From NCBI GenBank assembly GCA_030604855.1, contig JAUVVC010000004.1, positions 30,001-62,000 of the forward strand: DNA of 32,000 nt, read 5' to 3'. The position numbers were made by a program, and so were the translations under genes. Every line of letters begins with the position of its first letter. Within the stretch, counting starts at the first letter, position 1. The notes under the pieces were generated by a model. That model was not told the DNA's origin and made no database searches. It saw only the letters and a list, made by a program, of their open reading frames with translations. Shown here piece after piece: positions 8,061-15,574 of this stretch. Source of the DNA: Erysipelotrichaceae bacterium. GTDB taxonomy: Bacteria > Bacillota_I > Bacilli_A > Erysipelotrichales > Erysipelotrichaceae.

Positions 8061-8525
8061 ATGAACATCAAACAAGCACAAGCAGAGGATGTCTCGATCC
8101 TCTTATCCCTGATTCAAGAACTGGCCGATTATGAGAAGCTGAGTAACGAAGTTGTCGCAAATGAGACATTGCTTCAATATTGGTTGTTTGAACAGAAACG
8201 TGCGGAAGCACTTCTCTTGGAAGTCGATGACAAGGTGATTGGCTTTGCCTTGTATTTTCACAATTTTTCGACTTTCTTAGGGAAAGCCGGTCTTTATCTT
8301 GAAGATCTCTACATCAAACCGGATTATCGACACAAGGGTTATGGCAAACAGGTTTTTAAACACCTCGCTCAACTTGCCTTGGATAGGGGCTGTGGGCGAA
8401 TGGAGTGGTCGGTATTGGATTGGAATGCCCCCAGTATTCAGTTCTATCAAAGCCTTGGGGCTAAAGCCATGAATGAATGGACGACCTATCGACTTACGGA
8501 AGCTGAACTGAAAGCCCTGATTTAG
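8061..8525 (+). CDS. GNAT family N-acetyltransferase (diamine/spermidine acetyltransferase-like)
   Basis: 154-aa ORF. AAGGAGA SD. Motif A region LYIKPDYRHKGYGKQVFKHL. The overall pattern resembles SSAT/PaiA-like GNATs. Confidence 0.8.
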   Translation: MNIKQAQAEDVSILLSLIQELADYEKLSNEVVANETLLQYWLFEQKRAEALLLEVDDKVIGFALYFHNFSTFLGKAGLYLEDLYIKPDYRHKGYGKQVFKHLAQLALDRGCGRMEWSVLDWNAPSIQFYQSLGAKAMNEWTTYRLTEAELKALI

Positions 8526-8535
8526 GGCTTTTTTT
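8511..8535 (+). terminator. Rho-independent terminator overlapping the GNAT stop codon
   Basis: AAAGCCCT-GATTT-AGGGCTTT followed by TTTT. The TAG stop (8523-8525) straddles the loop and the 3' arm. Confidence 0.8.
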
Positions 8536-8611
8536 GATAACATCCTTTGCATTTTCTTGCTCGCTTCGTTAAACTATTAATGTGATTTACATCACTTAGA
8601 AAAGAGGAAGC

Positions 8612-9619
8612 ATGCGTAAGCTTTCACTATTACTCTTAAGTTTGTTCATCTTCACAGCCTGTACTCAAGCAACGCCAGAAGCCACAAACGAAATCAATGT
8701 TTATTCGGCACGTAATTACGATGTCGATAAAGACCTTCTACAACGCTTTGAATCTGAGACCGGAATCAAAGTGAATCTCTTCGAAGGAAAAGGAGATGAA
8801 TTGATCGAACGACTCAAACTCGAACAAAACGATCCCATCGCCGACATCTTCATGACCGTTGGGGCGGAAACGCTCTATCCTGCTTTGCAGAATGATTTAT
8901 TGGCGGATTTGGAATTGGATACACTCAAGGAAACATTGGATGCCAATTTCTATGGTGACAAATGGGTCGCACTGACTAAACGTGCACGCATCATTGTTTA
9001 TGATAAAGTAAAAAATCCAACACCGAATGTCAAAAACATTGAAGATCTAACAGATCCACAATACCTTGGGACACTCTTAAGCCGTAGTTCCACCTCTTCC
9101 TACAATCTTGCCTTAATGGCCAATCACATTCAAAAGGATGGTTATGAGGTCGCCAAACAATTGGCTCAAGGATTGGTGAACAACTTTGCACGTACCCCGA
9201 CTGGCAACGATCGTGATCAAGCAAAGTCCGTCATTGCGGGTTTGGGACAATACGCAATCATGAACACGTATTATGTGGCGGCAATGGAACGTTCAGCCGA
9301 TGCGGAAGAAGTCAAAGTTGCTCAACAAATCGGTTTGATCTATCCTGAAGAAACCCATGTGAACATCAGTTGGATCGCTAAGATCAACAAAGGGCCCAAT
9401 CCTGATAACGCTCAACGTTTGATCGAATTCCTGCTCAGTGAGACTGCTCAAAAGGAATATGCAACTCAAAATGGTGAGTATCCTGCTTTGAATACCATCC
9501 CAGTATCTAGTCTGCTCTTGCCTTGGGATGCCTTCAATAAAGCGGATGTGGATTATGAAACACTTGGTCAGCTTAGTATTGAGACCATTCAACTCTTTGA
9601 TGAAGTTGGTTGGGAATAA
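8612..9619 (+). CDS. ABC importer substrate-binding lipoprotein, FbpA/AfuA (ferric-iron type) family
   Basis: 335-aa ORF. Signal peptide with lipobox LFIFTAC. INVYSARNYDVDKDLLQRFESETGIKVNLFEGKGDELIERLK is typical of the FbpA/AfuA class. AAGAGGAAG SD. Confidence 0.8.
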   Translation: MRKLSLLLLSLFIFTACTQATPEATNEINVYSARNYDVDKDLLQRFESETGIKVNLFEGKGDELIERLKLEQNDPIADIFMTVGAETLYPALQNDLLADLELDTLKETLDANFYGDKWVALTKRARIIVYDKVKNPTPNVKNIEDLTDPQYLGTLLSRSSTSSYNLALMANHIQKDGYEVAKQLAQGLVNNFARTPTGNDRDQAKSVIAGLGQYAIMNTYYVAAMERSADAEEVKVAQQIGLIYPEETHVNISWIAKINKGPNPDNAQRLIEFLLSETAQKEYATQNGEYPALNTIPVSSLLLPWDAFNKADVDYETLGQLSIETIQLFDEVGWE

Positions 9620-11202
9620 TGTTTAGTTGGAAACGCATTACAAAGATAAGTAGTATCCTCTGGATTCTGCTTATCTTTATTCTCTTTAGTGAAACCTTTA
9701 CACTGCTCTTTAAGCCAACCAATGAGAATTGGCAACACAGTGTTCGTTATGTCCTCGGGGATGTCAGTATGAACACCTTGATCATCGTCGGTTTCTCAAC
9801 CCTCTTTGCGAGTCTATTGGGTATTTCGTTGGCAAGCATGGTTACACTATTCAAATTCAAAGGACGAAAACTCTTTAGTTTTCTTTTTTATCTACCCCTC
9901 GCGTTTCCACCTTATGTCTTAGCTTATTTCTGGACCTATTTCATCAGTTATACCGGAACACTCCAAACACTTTTACGCAGTTTGAATATCCCTTATCAAG
10001 CGACCTGGTTTGTCGTGGATCCTAAGTTCATGGCCATCTTTGTTTATACTTTAAGTCTGTTCCCTTATGTATACATCAGTACGAAAGCCATCATCAATCG
10101 AAGCCTTGGTAATTATATTGAGAATGCCCGTGTATTGGGCTACTCCTATCCACGTATCTTCTCCAAACTGATTCTTCCACTCAGTTTACCTGCTCTCTTA
10201 AGTGGTGGTTTGTTGGTCGCACTTGAAGTCTTAAGTGATTATGGTGTTGTGTCCTACTTAGGTATTCCCAGTTTCTCCACAGCCATTGTACGCAGTTGGT
10301 TGCGTTTCCAAGACTTTGACACCGCTTTACGTTTAGCCGCACTCTTGATGATTCTTACTTTGGTTCTCTTGGCGCTATTTGCATTTATCGGTCGAAGGAT
10401 CCGAAATCTAGTGCCAAGTAAAGGCAAACCGCTTCAACCTACTGCTTTAAAACCGCGCCATGCTTTAATACTGATCAGTCTTCTTACCCTATTCTTATTC
10501 CTAAGTTTTGGCATCCCTCTACTCCAACTCATTTATTGGAGCATTCAAAGTCTACCTTCAATTCGCTTAGATCAATTCATGAGTAGTTTAACCAACTCCT
10601 TGGGCTTAAGTATTGGGGTCAGCTTGATCATCCTCATCATTGCCTTTGTCTTGGTCAATCACGGTCGGATTCAAAATGGTTTCATCGGTGCGATCAGTGG
10701 AAAACTCACTTTATTGGGGTACTCAATTCCAGGATCTGTCATCGGTATCTTAAGTTTGGTTCTCTTTCTGAATCTTAGAAACATTATCCCATTTAAACTA
10801 AACCAAAGCATCCTACTTTTGGTCTTCGCATTGATCATTCGTTATGCCGGTCTAGCGTTTCAAAGCATTGAACAAGGCTTCAACAAATTAGGTTTGAAGT
10901 TTAATGAGGCTGCTCAAGTTCTTGGTCAAAGTTATTTCAAAGCTTTGATCAAAGTCGATTTGATCTTAATCAAACCTGCATTATACTCTGCTTTCACCAT
11001 GGTTTTTCTCGATATCATTAAAGAACTTCCCTTAAGTTTATTGCTTAGACCCTTCAACTTCAACACCTTGGCGACCCAGGTCCATCAATATGCGAACGAT
11101 GAGATGTTGGTTGAATCCGCCTTTCCGACTTTAGTCATTCTGATCTTATCGTTCTTAATGATCACCCTCTTGGTCAATCCCATGCGTAAGGAGACACACT
11201 GA
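9610..11202 (+). CDS. ABC importer permease, duplicated (two-module) FbpB-type
   Basis: 530-aa highly hydrophobic ORF with two EAA-like loops (ENARVLGYSYPRIFSKLILPL and NEAAQVLGQSYFKALIKVDL). It overlaps the upstream stop. An alternative ATG lies at 9619. Confidence 0.85.
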   Translation: MGIMFSWKRITKISSILWILLIFILFSETFTLLFKPTNENWQHSVRYVLGDVSMNTLIIVGFSTLFASLLGISLASMVTLFKFKGRKLFSFLFYLPLAFPPYVLAYFWTYFISYTGTLQTLLRSLNIPYQATWFVVDPKFMAIFVYTLSLFPYVYISTKAIINRSLGNYIENARVLGYSYPRIFSKLILPLSLPALLSGGLLVALEVLSDYGVVSYLGIPSFSTAIVRSWLRFQDFDTALRLAALLMILTLVLLALFAFIGRRIRNLVPSKGKPLQPTALKPRHALILISLLTLFLFLSFGIPLLQLIYWSIQSLPSIRLDQFMSSLTNSLGLSIGVSLIILIIAFVLVNHGRIQNGFIGAISGKLTLLGYSIPGSVIGILSLVLFLNLRNIIPFKLNQSILLLVFALIIRYAGLAFQSIEQGFNKLGLKFNEAAQVLGQSYFKALIKVDLILIKPALYSAFTMVFLDIIKELPLSLLLRPFNFNTLATQVHQYANDEMLVESAFPTLVILILSFLMITLLVNPMRKETH

Positions 11203-11825
11203 TGTACTTTGAACTAAAACAATTGAGCTTTAAATACGATCAAACCAGCATCATCGAGAACTTTGATCTCAGTGCAGATAAAGGTTCCATCACTGCCATC
11301 ATTGGCGAAAGTGGTTCAGGCAAAAGTACTTTGCTTAGAATTCTCGCTGGCCTTCAAGATGCGAATCATGGTGTATTCAAATTGGACGATCAAATCATTT
11401 TTGACGATAAGTCTTCAATTGATACACATAAACGTAAAATCGGACTGGTCTTTCAAGACTACACCCTTTTCCCTCATTTAACGGTTTATCAAAACATTGC
11501 CTTTGGCATGCGTCAGAAAAATAAAAAGGATCGCATTCAATCGATCCTTAAAATGGTCGAACTCGAAGAAGACACAAAGAAATACCCTTATGAGTGTTCC
11601 GGTGGTATGCAACAACGCATCGCTTTAGCCAGAGCTATTGCCAATCAACCGAAGCTGCTTTTATTGGATGAACCCTTTTCCAACCTTGATCAAGAACTCA
11701 AGATCAGATTACGTTCCCAATTCATTGATTGGGCTAAACAAGAAGCCATCACTTTAATTTGGGTGACGCACGACATTGAAGAAGCCTATGCGATTGCGGA
11801 TCAAGTGATTGAGTTGAAGAAATAA
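11202..11825 (+). CDS. ABC transporter ATP-binding protein (nucleotide-binding domain only, 207 aa)
   Basis: Walker A GESGSGKST, Q-loop FQDYTLFP, signature CSGGMQQR, Walker B LLLLDEP, H-loop VTHD. The start overlaps the permease stop (TGATG). Confidence 0.9.
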   Translation: MYFELKQLSFKYDQTSIIENFDLSADKGSITAIIGESGSGKSTLLRILAGLQDANHGVFKLDDQIIFDDKSSIDTHKRKIGLVFQDYTLFPHLTVYQNIAFGMRQKNKKDRIQSILKMVELEEDTKKYPYECSGGMQQRIALARAIANQPKLLLLDEPFSNLDQELKIRLRSQFIDWAKQEAITLIWVTHDIEEAYAIADQVIELKK

Positions 11826-11853
11826 TCATTTCAGCAGAGATTCAATATGATCA

Positions 11854-13107
11854 TTAGAATTCTTCTTTTTCTAGTAAGAAGTCAGTGATGTATTTCACTT
11901 CAATTCCGTCAATATTTCCCTTAGCCATACGATTTGCTGTAATTATTGTTTTTTTATATGCATCAGGGATTTTTAGCAAGTTATCCGATTCGCGCTTACT
12001 TTCTTTAGGGATATCATAGGCCACTTGGTAATAATGTGTATTGTTTGCTTTTGTACAAACAAAGTCAATCTCGATACCATCAAGTTTTCCGACCGATACC
12101 TCATAACCTCTTCTTATGAGTTCTAAATAGACGATGTTTTCTAGAATCGAGCCATAATTACCTCTGTTTCTACCAACAGAAACATTTCTTAGCCCGATAT
12201 CAACACAGTAATATTTAGCCTGACCTTTTAAATGCTCTTTTCCACGAATATTGAAGCGATTGGCTTTATAAATTATATGTGCATTCTCAAGTAAGTCTAA
12301 GTATGAATCAATCGTTTCATTTCTTGTTTTAATTCCATAGGATTGAAATGTATTCGCTATTGAATTGCTTGTCACTGCATTCCCTATGTTGTCAAAAATA
12401 AATGAAACAAGTCGCTCTAGCAAGAACCCATCTTTAATGTTGCCACGCAACATCAAATCTTTCAAAAGTATACTATTATATATTCCTTTAATAACATCAT
12501 CCACAATTCGTTCATTTTTTAGCAAAGCAATAGAAGGAAATGCACCATTTCTAATATACTCTTCATAGTACTCTTCTATCATTGCTTTATCATTGTCTCC
12601 TTTAAAATTTAAAAACTCTTTAAATGATAAAGGTAATACTTTGATTTCAACATATCGTCCTGATAAGTATGTCGCAAGTTCTCCAGATAGAAGATTCGCA
12701 TTTGATCCCGTAATATAGATATCGCAATCATACTTAACACGAAGTCCATTTATAAGTTTTTGCCAAGCATCAACTTCTTGAATCTCATCAAACAAGAAAT
12801 AGTATTTATGATCAAGTTGAGTCTTTTCAAGAATATAAGTATAAAGGGATTGATTCGTCAGAACATTTTGGAAATCAGGGTGTTCAAAGTTAATTGATAT
12901 AATCTGATTATCCATTACCGAATTGGATAGTAAATGATGGTGAAGCATTTTTAATATGCTCGACTTCCCAGACCGACGAACTCCAGTAATTACTTTTACA
13001 AATTCTGTGTCTTTGAATTCAATTAATTTATTTAAATAGAACTCTCTTATGATTTGCTTATCTTTTTCCATATCAAAAGTATAAGCTATTTTTTCAGGTT
13101 TGTACAC
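11854..13107 (-). CDS. AAA+ ATPase of the AAA_14/DUF4143 (COG1373) type
   Basis: 417-aa ORF. Walker A GVRRSGKSS, Walker B-like YYFLFDEIQ. The C-terminal part has the DUF4143-like segment GIEIDFVCTK. The track start is GTG at 13107; an alternative ATG (MEKDKQ) lies at 13071. Neither start has a clear SD. Confidence 0.75.
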   Translation of the reverse strand: MYKPEKIAYTFDMEKDKQIIREFYLNKLIEFKDTEFVKVITGVRRSGKSSILKMLHHHLLSNSVMDNQIISINFEHPDFQNVLTNQSLYTYILEKTQLDHKYYFLFDEIQEVDAWQKLINGLRVKYDCDIYITGSNANLLSGELATYLSGRYVEIKVLPLSFKEFLNFKGDNDKAMIEEYYEEYIRNGAFPSIALLKNERIVDDVIKGIYNSILLKDLMLRGNIKDGFLLERLVSFIFDNIGNAVTSNSIANTFQSYGIKTRNETIDSYLDLLENAHIIYKANRFNIRGKEHLKGQAKYYCVDIGLRNVSVGRNRGNYGSILENIVYLELIRRGYEVSVGKLDGIEIDFVCTKANNTHYYQVAYDIPKESKRESDNLLKIPDAYKKTIITANRMAKGNIDGIEVKYITDFLLEKEEF

Positions 13108-13170
13108 ATTTATACGGTTATAACCGCAACATTGTATTATTTTATAGATTTATGCGGTTTCAACCGCAAC
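13108..13170. repeat. Two 23-bp direct repeats exactly 40 bp apart, each containing a CGGTT-N2-AACCG dyad; candidate twin operator
   Basis: 13108-13130 ATTTATACGGTTATAACCGCAAC versus 13148-13170 ATTTATGCGGTTTCAACCGCAAC, 20 of 23 identical. Copy A contains the perfect 12-bp palindrome CGGTTATAACCG. Copy B contains GCGGTT-TC-AACCGC. Confidence 0.6.
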
Positions 13171-13177
13171 TTATCAA

Positions 13178-13207
13178 TATAAAAGGCCTATTCATTGAAT
13201 AAGCCTT
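13178..13207 (-). terminator. Rho-independent terminator downstream of murQ
   Basis: The minus strand reads AAGGCTTATTCAATGAATAGGCCTT followed by TTTAT. This is an imperfect stem of about 9 bp with one mismatch, followed by a U-run. Confidence 0.55.
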
Positions 13208-13212
13208 ATTTA

Positions 13213-14121
13213 CTATTGAATCGCTTTGTGGACAAAGCCATTCGCTTTCTCAAGCTTTAAAATGGCATCCGTCGCACTGCATTTCTTCTTAATCATCACA
13301 ATCGCAACTTTGACTTTAAGATTTGCGTCATACAGCACTTGATGGGCTGTTTTTTCATTGACACCGGTTGCTTGCATGATGATGCGCTTTGCACGATCAA
13401 TCAACTTGATATTGCTGGGGTTCAAGTCCACCATGAGATTGCCATAAACTTTACCCATACGAACCATGGATGCGGTTGACAACATATTCAGGACCATCTT
13501 AGTAGCCGTCCCTGCTTTTAAGCGGGTTGAACCCGTCAAGACTTCTGGACCAACTTCCACATCAATGCCCACATCACTGTACTTCGAAACCATGGAGTCT
13601 GGATTACATGAGATGGATATGGTCTTTGCCCCAATCGATTGGGCATAGATCAAACCACTGACGACATAGGGGGTACGACCACTTGCCGCAATCCCAACCG
13701 CCACGTCACGTTCACTGAACTGAAGGGCTTTAAGTTCTGCCACGATCAAATCTTCAGAATCTTCCGCACCTTCAACCGCACTCTTGATGGCGCGTTCTCC
13801 GCCAGCGATCAAGGCAATGAACTCATCGGTAGTGGAGAAAGTGGGTGGACACTCTGAGGCATCCAAGAAGCCCAATCGACCACTGGTTCCCGCTCCGAAG
13901 TAGATGATTCTGCCTTTCATTTCCAATTGTTCCACCATCAAATCCACTGCTTTCGCAATGTTGGGGAGTTGTGCCTCAACGGCAAGAGCCACTTTCTTGT
14001 CTTCTTCGTTCATCAATTGAACGATTTCAAGGGCTGTCTTTTGATCGAGATTCAAGCTATTCGAATTTGGCTTTTCAGTAAGCAGTTGTTCCATGTGTTC
14101 TTTCATAATCCCATTGTACAC
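13213..14121 (-). CDS. murQ: N-acetylmuramic acid 6-phosphate etherase MurQ (SIS domain)
   Basis: LTEKPN...LDQKTALEIVQLMNEEDKKVALAVEAQLPNIAKAVD...GRIIYFGAGTSGRLGFLDASECPPTF...TGSTRLKAGTATKMVLNMLST matches the MurQ pattern closely. The track start is GTG at 14121; alternative ATGs lie at 14106 and 14094. Confidence 0.9.
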   Translation of the reverse strand: MYNGIMKEHMEQLLTEKPNSNSLNLDQKTALEIVQLMNEEDKKVALAVEAQLPNIAKAVDLMVEQLEMKGRIIYFGAGTSGRLGFLDASECPPTFSTTDEFIALIAGGERAIKSAVEGAEDSEDLIVAELKALQFSERDVAVGIAASGRTPYVVSGLIYAQSIGAKTISISCNPDSMVSKYSDVGIDVEVGPEVLTGSTRLKAGTATKMVLNMLSTASMVRMGKVYGNLMVDLNPSNIKLIDRAKRIIMQATGVNEKTAHQVLYDANLKVKVAIVMIKKKCSATDAILKLEKANGFVHKAIQ

Positions 14122-14122
14122 T

Positions 14123-14146
14123 AAAATAAAAAGGCTCTCGCCTTTT
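14123..14146 (-). terminator. Hairpin plus U-run between the EIIA gene and murQ (partial terminator or processing site)
   Basis: The minus strand reads AAAAGGC-GAGA-GCCTTTT followed by TATTTTAG. The hairpin begins within the TAA stop of the EIIA gene. Confidence 0.5.
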
Positions 14147-14456
14147 ATTTATCCAATTTCTTATACAATTCGATGAATTCTGTTGCCATAATCTTCAAGA
14201 CTTCAGCACTCATGACTTGGTCTTCCGCATGAATCAACAAGATATTTGCCCCTGGATCTTCTCCGCCTGCAAACTTTTGAATGAGCTCCGCATGGACATG
14301 GTGTGCTTCTACAAAAGCGTCATCCCCTTGCTTGATCATTTCTTCTGCTTCTTCATAATTACCAGCTTTGGCAGCTTGTAGCGCTTCGACATACGATGAA
14401 CGAGCGGATCCTGCTGCTGCTATGATTTGAAAACTTACGAGTTCTAGACCTTCCAT
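14145..14456 (-). CDS. PTS EIIA component, lactose/cellobiose family
   Basis: The 103-aa ORF aligns by eye to LacF/ChbA-type EIIA: SFQIIAAAGSARSSYVEALQAAKAGNYEEAEEMI...VEAHHVHAELI...LLIHAEDQVMSAEV. AAGGAG SD. It overlaps the upstream gene by 13 nt. Confidence 0.85.
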   Translation of the reverse strand: MEGLELVSFQIIAAAGSARSSYVEALQAAKAGNYEEAEEMIKQGDDAFVEAHHVHAELIQKFAGGEDPGANILLIHAEDQVMSAEVLKIMATEFIELYKKLDK

Positions 14457-15562
14457 GTTTGCTCCTTTATTTTGAATGGATACTGTTTATATTTTACTTG
14501 ATTCAAGAGTCGTTTACAAGTAGGCTTGACCTGACCGACCACATTGGCAACCTGTGATGGACCTAAATCCTCTAGCATGATCTGAACTTCCGCCTCATAA
14601 CGATTGGATAAAACATTATCCAAAGTGATTGCCAAATAAGGTCTTGCCAAGCAGCGATTGACGGGCACTGACACTTTCTTACGCGTCTGTGTCGCACGTA
14701 ATAAAAGCTTAGGTTGATCTGGACGTGACCAGAGAATCGTCTCTGAAAGGAGTTTATGTTGGTCCTCAGGTAGATCTCTATCCAACCATGCCTCAATTTC
14801 GACATAGTCTTTCTTTGCGATTGAACTGAGTGCCCTTAGATCTGCTTCGCTGGGTAAACCATCCCCAAACAGAATCATGTCAAAGACAGCGGTATTGCGA
14901 AGTTCACTAAAAGCGATTTCAGGCGGAAGAAAGCGATGTTCTTCAATGGTGGGAATGCCATCTCCACTTGGATTCAAATCCCGCGGTGAGCTTTGTGAAG
15001 TGATGAACACACCACAACCCACTTCTAAATCATCAAGAATCTCTGCTGTTGAGACCGCATCATCAAAATCCAAACCCGTCTCATTGCGTGGGTAGAAATT
15101 ATGACAGGCACGATAGTTCTTTATGTTGCCCTTCGACTTGATCTGATCGACACGATCCCATAAAAGATCTGGATAAGAACCATTGTCTTCAATGATCAGA
15201 CCATACGGATTGTTGGTCAACTGAACGATCTCCTCATCCACAAACCCGCCATCCAAACGGATGACATCGATCTTCATATCCACCAGAGGCTTCAAATCGT
15301 CCAACTTTGCCCCCACTTGTTCAAACACTTCCGCATTCAGATCCACATGACTCTTGATGCCCAACTCACGACACAGTTCAAAAAGTTTGACAAAATCGCC
15401 ATTCACTCCTTCAACCGCATTCTCAAATCCCAAATTCCCCAATTGAATCGATGTGAAGACACGCGTATAACCCAAATCTTTCGCTAAACGAAGTTGTTTC
15501 TCAATCACTTCAAAGGGATAAAAATCAGGATAAACACTTAAGCCAATCTCTACTTTACGCAT
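14444..15562 (-). CDS. DUF871 family protein (MupG-like, putative 6-phospho-N-acetylmuramidase)
   Basis: 372-aa ORF. IGLSVY...LGYTRVFTSIQL...VDLNAEVFEQVGA...IDVIRLDGGF follows the DUF871 N-terminal TIM-barrel pattern as I remember it. The murQ neighbourhood is consistent with a MupG-type role. Confidence 0.65.
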   Translation of the reverse strand: MRKVEIGLSVYPDFYPFEVIEKQLRLAKDLGYTRVFTSIQLGNLGFENAVEGVNGDFVKLFELCRELGIKSHVDLNAEVFEQVGAKLDDLKPLVDMKIDVIRLDGGFVDEEIVQLTNNPYGLIIEDNGSYPDLLWDRVDQIKSKGNIKNYRACHNFYPRNETGLDFDDAVSTAEILDDLEVGCGVFITSQSSPRDLNPSGDGIPTIEEHRFLPPEIAFSELRNTAVFDMILFGDGLPSEADLRALSSIAKKDYVEIEAWLDRDLPEDQHKLLSETILWSRPDQPKLLLRATQTRKKVSVPVNRCLARPYLAITLDNVLSNRYEAEVQIMLEDLGPSQVANVVGQVKPTCKRLLNQVKYKQYPFKIKEQTWKV

Positions 15563-15574
15563 ACAGCTCCTTTC

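Noticed and set aside
8582-8595. Dyad GTGAT-N4-ATCAC before the iron-type ABC operon, considered as a possible Fur box
   Set aside because: The arms are only 5 bp. It does not match the Fur 19-bp or 7-1-7 consensus. It is kept only as a remark in the ABC finding.
11826-13212. Possibility that the ATPase gene is part of a mobile element
   Set aside because: I found no terminal inverted repeats, no convincing target-site duplication (only a trivial shared TCAATAT), and no transposase, integrase or tRNA nearby. The composition shift is modest relative to the left neighbour.
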